Assembly: GCA_001662655.1 (NCBI GenBank)
Contig: KV460273.1
DNA: 26,325 nucleotides
Source of the DNA: Pseudogymnoascus verrucosus
Lineage: Eukaryota
Direction: 5' to 3' (one strand)
Shown: in pieces, positions 22,329 to 26,325 of the stretch
Position numbering within the stretch: position 1 is the first letter of the stretch
Layout of the letters: each line of letters begins with the position of its first letter
The notes under the pieces: generated by a model
Seen by the model: only the letters and a program-made list of their open reading frames with translations
What the model was told of the DNA's origin: nothing
Databases searched by the model: none
Program-made: the position numbers and the translations under genes

Positions 22329-23609
22329 TGCTATAGGCCTGAAAATATGCTCTGAATGTAGAAACGATGACTAGAAGTTGAGGCGAGCAGTTGGTTAGGC
22401 AAATCTGCACTCAAAATAAGGCTTTGATGTATCGTGAAAATAAGTCTACTCCCCAATCCGAGCGAAAGGAGGAAATGCCTCCATTTTATCTTTCGATTCC
22501 AGCTCAGCCTTCCCCCTCCCGCCACGCGCCTCCATCTAATCAACAAGGCTGTCGGGTTCGGGAGGCACGAACTGCATTGCTGCGTGTAGTGCATGTGGTG
22601 TGTGGTACAGAACGTATGCACATGCATATCGAGAATACAGCCAACCACTAACAGCTGCGAATTCGCCGTGATTGTGACTAGGCTGACGAATTGCAGGTTT
22701 GCCGAGCCTCAATTTGGTCGGTGACTTAGCTGCAACTCGTGAACTATCAGCTATGGACAGCACGAAGCTCAAAATGTAACCCCAAAACAAACTGGGGTGT
22801 AGTGGAGATGGATCCGAGTGGAGATGATGTGGAATGCATACTTATTTATAATGCTAGAAATTGTGATAATAGCCAGTGGTTGGCTGTTTATTGAGCCGCA
22901 AGGTGAGCCAGAGCTCCCCTCTCAACAGGCAGGGCGGGCGGAATGGCCCGGTCCGGAGTGGCCCAAAGCAAGTTACCAGTTCTCACTATTGCGGTCACAG
23001 TTGCCGTCTGTCTACACCGGTCTCACCGGTCTACACCCTCGCGCAATGTGTCACACAAAAGCTGTAAAGGTAGGAACAACGTAGTGTAGGAGTATAGGCA
23101 CCGGCGATGTGCATCGTCGATTACAACCTGAGATACTGTAAACCCTAACAACTGCAACCATAAATAGGTAAATTAGGCCTAGATAGGTGCTTTTACGAAA
23201 CAGTAGCGTATTTCTTCAGAGTGAATGCCGGGGAAGCTTAGTTATCAAAATGTCGCCTAATCCATTGCCGAGGAAGCTCTGACCTGGCACCTTGATTATG
23301 ACGTCGTTCGTGACCTACAAGGCTGAGGGCGATAAATACAGATATTCAGCCGTTCATTATATTTTGCCGTCACGAACTGGGAATTGTGATAGGACTTGGA
23401 AATCACGAGTGAGGCACCTGCGACGTGAAGCAGACTGAAGATTTTTGGGGATAAAATCAGTGGGAAGGAGCATACGACGCGTATCTTGCGGGAGCTTCGC
23501 CATAGCTTATTGACATCACACGGAGACTCGGCGTGGTTTTCCCAGCATCGCGCAGTGAACCTACAAGAACATACTTACATTGCACGCCTCGGGCAACAGG
23601 CAAGGGAGG

Positions 23610-24751
23610 ATGGCCGCCTCCATCCTACCCTTCGATATCCCTCCATCATTTAGACTCTTAGCACACGACTTCGGCCGCTCACTGGCGTACCTCCTCCTTC
23701 CGCTCTCACTGCTCTATCTCTCACTCTACTTCAGCTTAAAGGGATATAAACGCGTCTATGGCGTGCTCACACTCGGGGCCCTCGTGGGGTTTGCGACGGC
23801 GACATCCGTGGCGCCAATAAACTGCCCGCCAGCAGCGTCACTGATGAATTTCGGAGGTGCGTTTGCAGTCTCCTCCTCACGCCCACCCGTGGGGTCTCCC
23901 CGTCCCAAACAAGACCCCAGCTAACACACTCCCAAGTTGCAGTAGGCGTCCTCAAATCTCTCGACATCTTCGCCCGCCGGCACCACCCACGCACCTACGC
24001 CGGCTCCGCCCCGCTTCCCCCATCCCTCCTCGCGCTCCTCCTCACCACCGAGCTGCGCTACGAAAGCTTCACCCCGAACCCCATCCGCGTCTCGACCTCC
24101 CCCTTCAGCGAACCCACCGATCTCGCTCTCCACATCGCCGCGTTCGCCGCGCTCCAGATGCTCCCACAGGAGCACGCGGTCATCCTCGCTTTACAGGTCC
24201 TCTTGACTATTTACATCCTCTGGACGACGCTGCAGCTCATTCTGCGGTACCATGATAGCCCACCGCTATTTGGACCTCTATACCAGGCCGATTCTCTTGG
24301 AGGATTCTGGGCCAAAACCTGGCACAACGCATTCGCATCGCCATGCACCTCGCTCGCGTACCACCCCGTGCGACGTGCGCTATCGCGGATTGGACTGCCG
24401 ATTGATGCGGCGCGGGCCGGGGGGCTGGTAGCGGCATTCGCGCTGATGGGTGCGTTTCATGTCTACGCGCTTTCCCCTCTGATTGCGCGCGAGGGGCTGC
24501 GGAGGGTGTGGTGGTTCTTTGTTGGGAATGGAGTGGCGGTTGTGTTTGAGACGGGGGTTTGGGGGAAGGAGAGCTCAATGGGGAGGGGGAGGCGGAGGGG
24601 TAGGGCGGTGCTGGCTTGGGCGTTTGAGATAGGATTTGCGGCGTGGGTAGTTCGGGGGTGTGGGGTACCGGAGGGGTTGGGGGGGATAAGGTGGGGGGAG
24701 GTCTGTGAGATTAGGCAAGGGCCAGTCGGTATTGGATGGCTCGGAATGTAA
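23610..24751 (+). CDS. Membrane-bound O-acyltransferase, MBOAT_2 (wax synthase/TRI7-like) family; join(23610..23856,23943..24751), 351 aa
   Basis: Exon 1 encodes hydrophobic helices. Splicing gives an open frame (...MNFG-VGVLKSLDIFARR...LLLTTELRYESF...) continuing into ORF 24158..24751. That ORF has PPLFGPLYQADSLGGFWAKTWHN (F..W...WH motif) and AFALMGAFHVY (putative catalytic His in a TM helix). Confidence 0.85.
23857..23942 (+). other. 86-nt phase-1 intron in the MBOAT gene
   Basis: Donor G|GTGCGT at 23857, branch site GCTAAC at 23920-23925, acceptor TTGCAG ending at 23942. Removal restores the frame. Confidence 0.88.
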
Positions 24752-25468
24752 GATTTGCTGTTTGGGGAGCGGGTTGAGGTGATTGACTTGACTTGACTTG
24801 GGTTTAAAGCCTGGGTTGGAAAGCGTAGATTGGAAGCATGGGATAGAATAGCCTCATTGAAGAGTTCTCATGGAGGACAAAGCAAGGGATAGGCAAATAT
24901 CCGCGGTGTTGTAGCATTGGTTTGTCTAGCGATTATTGTTGTACGATATGGGTAGCAAGGGACATTCATAGATAGCAATAGAGTGATATTTGTTCCAATA
25001 CTGCCGTGAATTCAAATGTTCATGAATAGTCTAAGCCACCCGCGAATTTAATAACCACACAAAATTACCCCTCACAGCTAACCTTACGAATAAATCTGAC
25101 TACTTTTATAAAATATAGAGCAACCTTTTAATTACCCATCAAACAAAATACTCCATTTAATGATATGACGGCCTAGAGATTGCCGAAAAAGGCACCTTCT
25201 CTTAGTGTCTTACGTAATTCACTCGCCAGCTTTCCAACACTCCTACAACCCAAGCTTAATCACACCAATCTACCTGTGGCTTTGGTTCAAACAGCTGTAT
25301 AGAGCATAAGAATAGAAGCTGTGGGGCCGCGGGTATGCACGTAGTGGATTATTCCCATCTTATAACTCCGGCAATCCTAGCCTCCCGCATGCCCCTCCTT
25401 TAATTCCGGTAACCCCCTGTTAGCTCGACGTTCCTGCATATCATACAAACACTCTAGATAATATTAAA

Positions 25469-25480
25469 TATATATAAAAA
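25469..25480 (+). promoter_or_regulatory. Putative TATA box of the SnoaL-like gene
   Basis: TATATATAAAAA about 85 nt upstream of the ATG, which has a typical fungal context (CAACACA-ATG-G). Confidence 0.6.
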
Positions 25481-25560
25481 GCCTCCAAAAGGTAATCGTA
25501 ATTAAGACCACAGCAACTATATTCCAGCCTCGAGCCCTTCAATCCACTTCGCCCAACACA

Positions 25561-26025
25561 ATGGCTGTCCAACTCTCCCTCCCATCCCTCACCCCCCGCG
25601 AAGCCGTCGCCGACGCCCTCCACCGCTGCATCCTCGGCATCGACACCAACAACCGCGACGTTTTTGAGTCGGCATGCCTAAAAGGCGAGGACATGATTAT
25701 AACCCTTGGCCCCGCCACTTTCTCAGGCTGGGCCGCGATCAACGAGTTATTTGTCAATGTCTTCAAACTGATTACTACGCATATTGCGAGTAATATCCGT
25801 GTTGAACTTGAGGACGGCGCGGATACGGCGAATTTGACTGCGCATGTGATATCGTATCATGTGAAGCCGGAGGATGCGGTTAAGGTGGAGGATACGTCGT
25901 ATACGGCGGGGACCTTGTATGATATTGATCTTGTTAGGGATGGGGGGGATGGGTTGTGGAAGATTAAGAGGTGGGACCTGAAGATTCAGTGGACTACGGG
26001 TGATAAAGCTGTTCTCCATGGGTAG
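25561..26025 (+). CDS. SnoaL-like / NTF2-like fold protein (SnoaL_4 type), 154 aa
   Basis: Pattern REAVADALHRCILGIDTNNRDVFES...TTHIASNIRVELEDGADTANLTAHVISYH...GTLYDIDLVRD...GLWKIKRW. This is an N-terminal helix, a TxH..SN motif, beta strands and a terminal WKI, typical of SnoaL_4/BaiE-like proteins. Confidence 0.85.
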   Translation: MAVQLSLPSLTPREAVADALHRCILGIDTNNRDVFESACLKGEDMIITLGPATFSGWAAINELFVNVFKLITTHIASNIRVELEDGADTANLTAHVISYHVKPEDAVKVEDTSYTAGTLYDIDLVRDGGDGLWKIKRWDLKIQWTTGDKAVLHG

Positions 26026-26133
26026 ACTTTAGGGCGTCACTATTTAAAATTATGAACGTTGCACCTAGTGTTGGTTGGAGATCTAAAATAATACCAAGCA
26101 AGAATATATGTATGACTTCTTCTTAATTCTCAT

Positions 26134-26234
26134 CAGTGTTGCCCGAGTACTACTCTACTCGGGTGATATTTTTGAGTACTCGGGTATTCGCCGAGTACTA
26201 CTCTGAATACTCGAGTACTGCCAAGCCCTTGGCA
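26134..26234. repeat. Compact cluster of GAGTAC/TACTC motifs in both orientations, with hairpins and a 14-bp direct repeat
   Basis: CCCGAGTA-ctactc-TACTCGGG (8-bp stem); ccgagtactactct at both 26143 and 26191; TGCCAAG-cc-CTTGGCA (7-bp stem). It is a GC-richer island in AT-rich flanks. Confidence 0.75.
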
Positions 26235-26325
26235 AAGAGGGGTAATATAGATTGTAGAATAGATAATTGAAGCTTCTACTTGAGCGTTCTGTATTACTTC
26301 CTGTAATGAGTGACTCTTCGCTGTC

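Noticed and set aside
22895..23040. Short GC-rich repeats (gagcc, ggccc, acaccggtct) in the divergent intergenic region as possible transposon ends
   Set aside because: No matching inverted partner or TSD seen; too short to distinguish from chance or ordinary promoter motifs.
23857..24255. 132-aa + strand ORF and the 197-aa ORF at 24158 as separate genes
   Set aside because: The first starts at the intron donor and is out of frame; the second is the 3' part of MBOAT exon 2.
24782..24800. (TTGAC)n short microsatellite downstream of the MBOAT stop
   Set aside because: Only about three to four units; common in fungal 3' UTRs.

Overview
Eukaryotic DNA from a filamentous ascomycete (short GT-AG introns with CTRAY branch sites; the genus cannot be fixed from sequence alone). 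About two thirds of the window is one giant minus-strand gene (847..18095, roughly 5,700 aa). Its size, Lys-cluster repeats in acidic spacers and C-terminal coiled-coil plus folded domain match Leashin (Lah), the Woronin-body tether, often annotated 'involucrin repeat protein'. The ORF track splits it in two, but the break falls in an 84-N assembly gap inside a 171-bp tandem repeat, and repeat phasing restores one reading frame. The window also holds the 5' end of a short-chain dehydrogenase, an uncharacterised 879-aa coiled-coil plus TPR-like protein, a two-exon MBOAT_2 (wax synthase/TRI7-like) acyltransferase, a SnoaL/NTF2-like protein and a ~100-bp palindromic GAGTAC repeat cluster. No RNA genes, CRISPR arrays or intact transposases were recognised. 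All family calls come from reading motifs, not from database searches.
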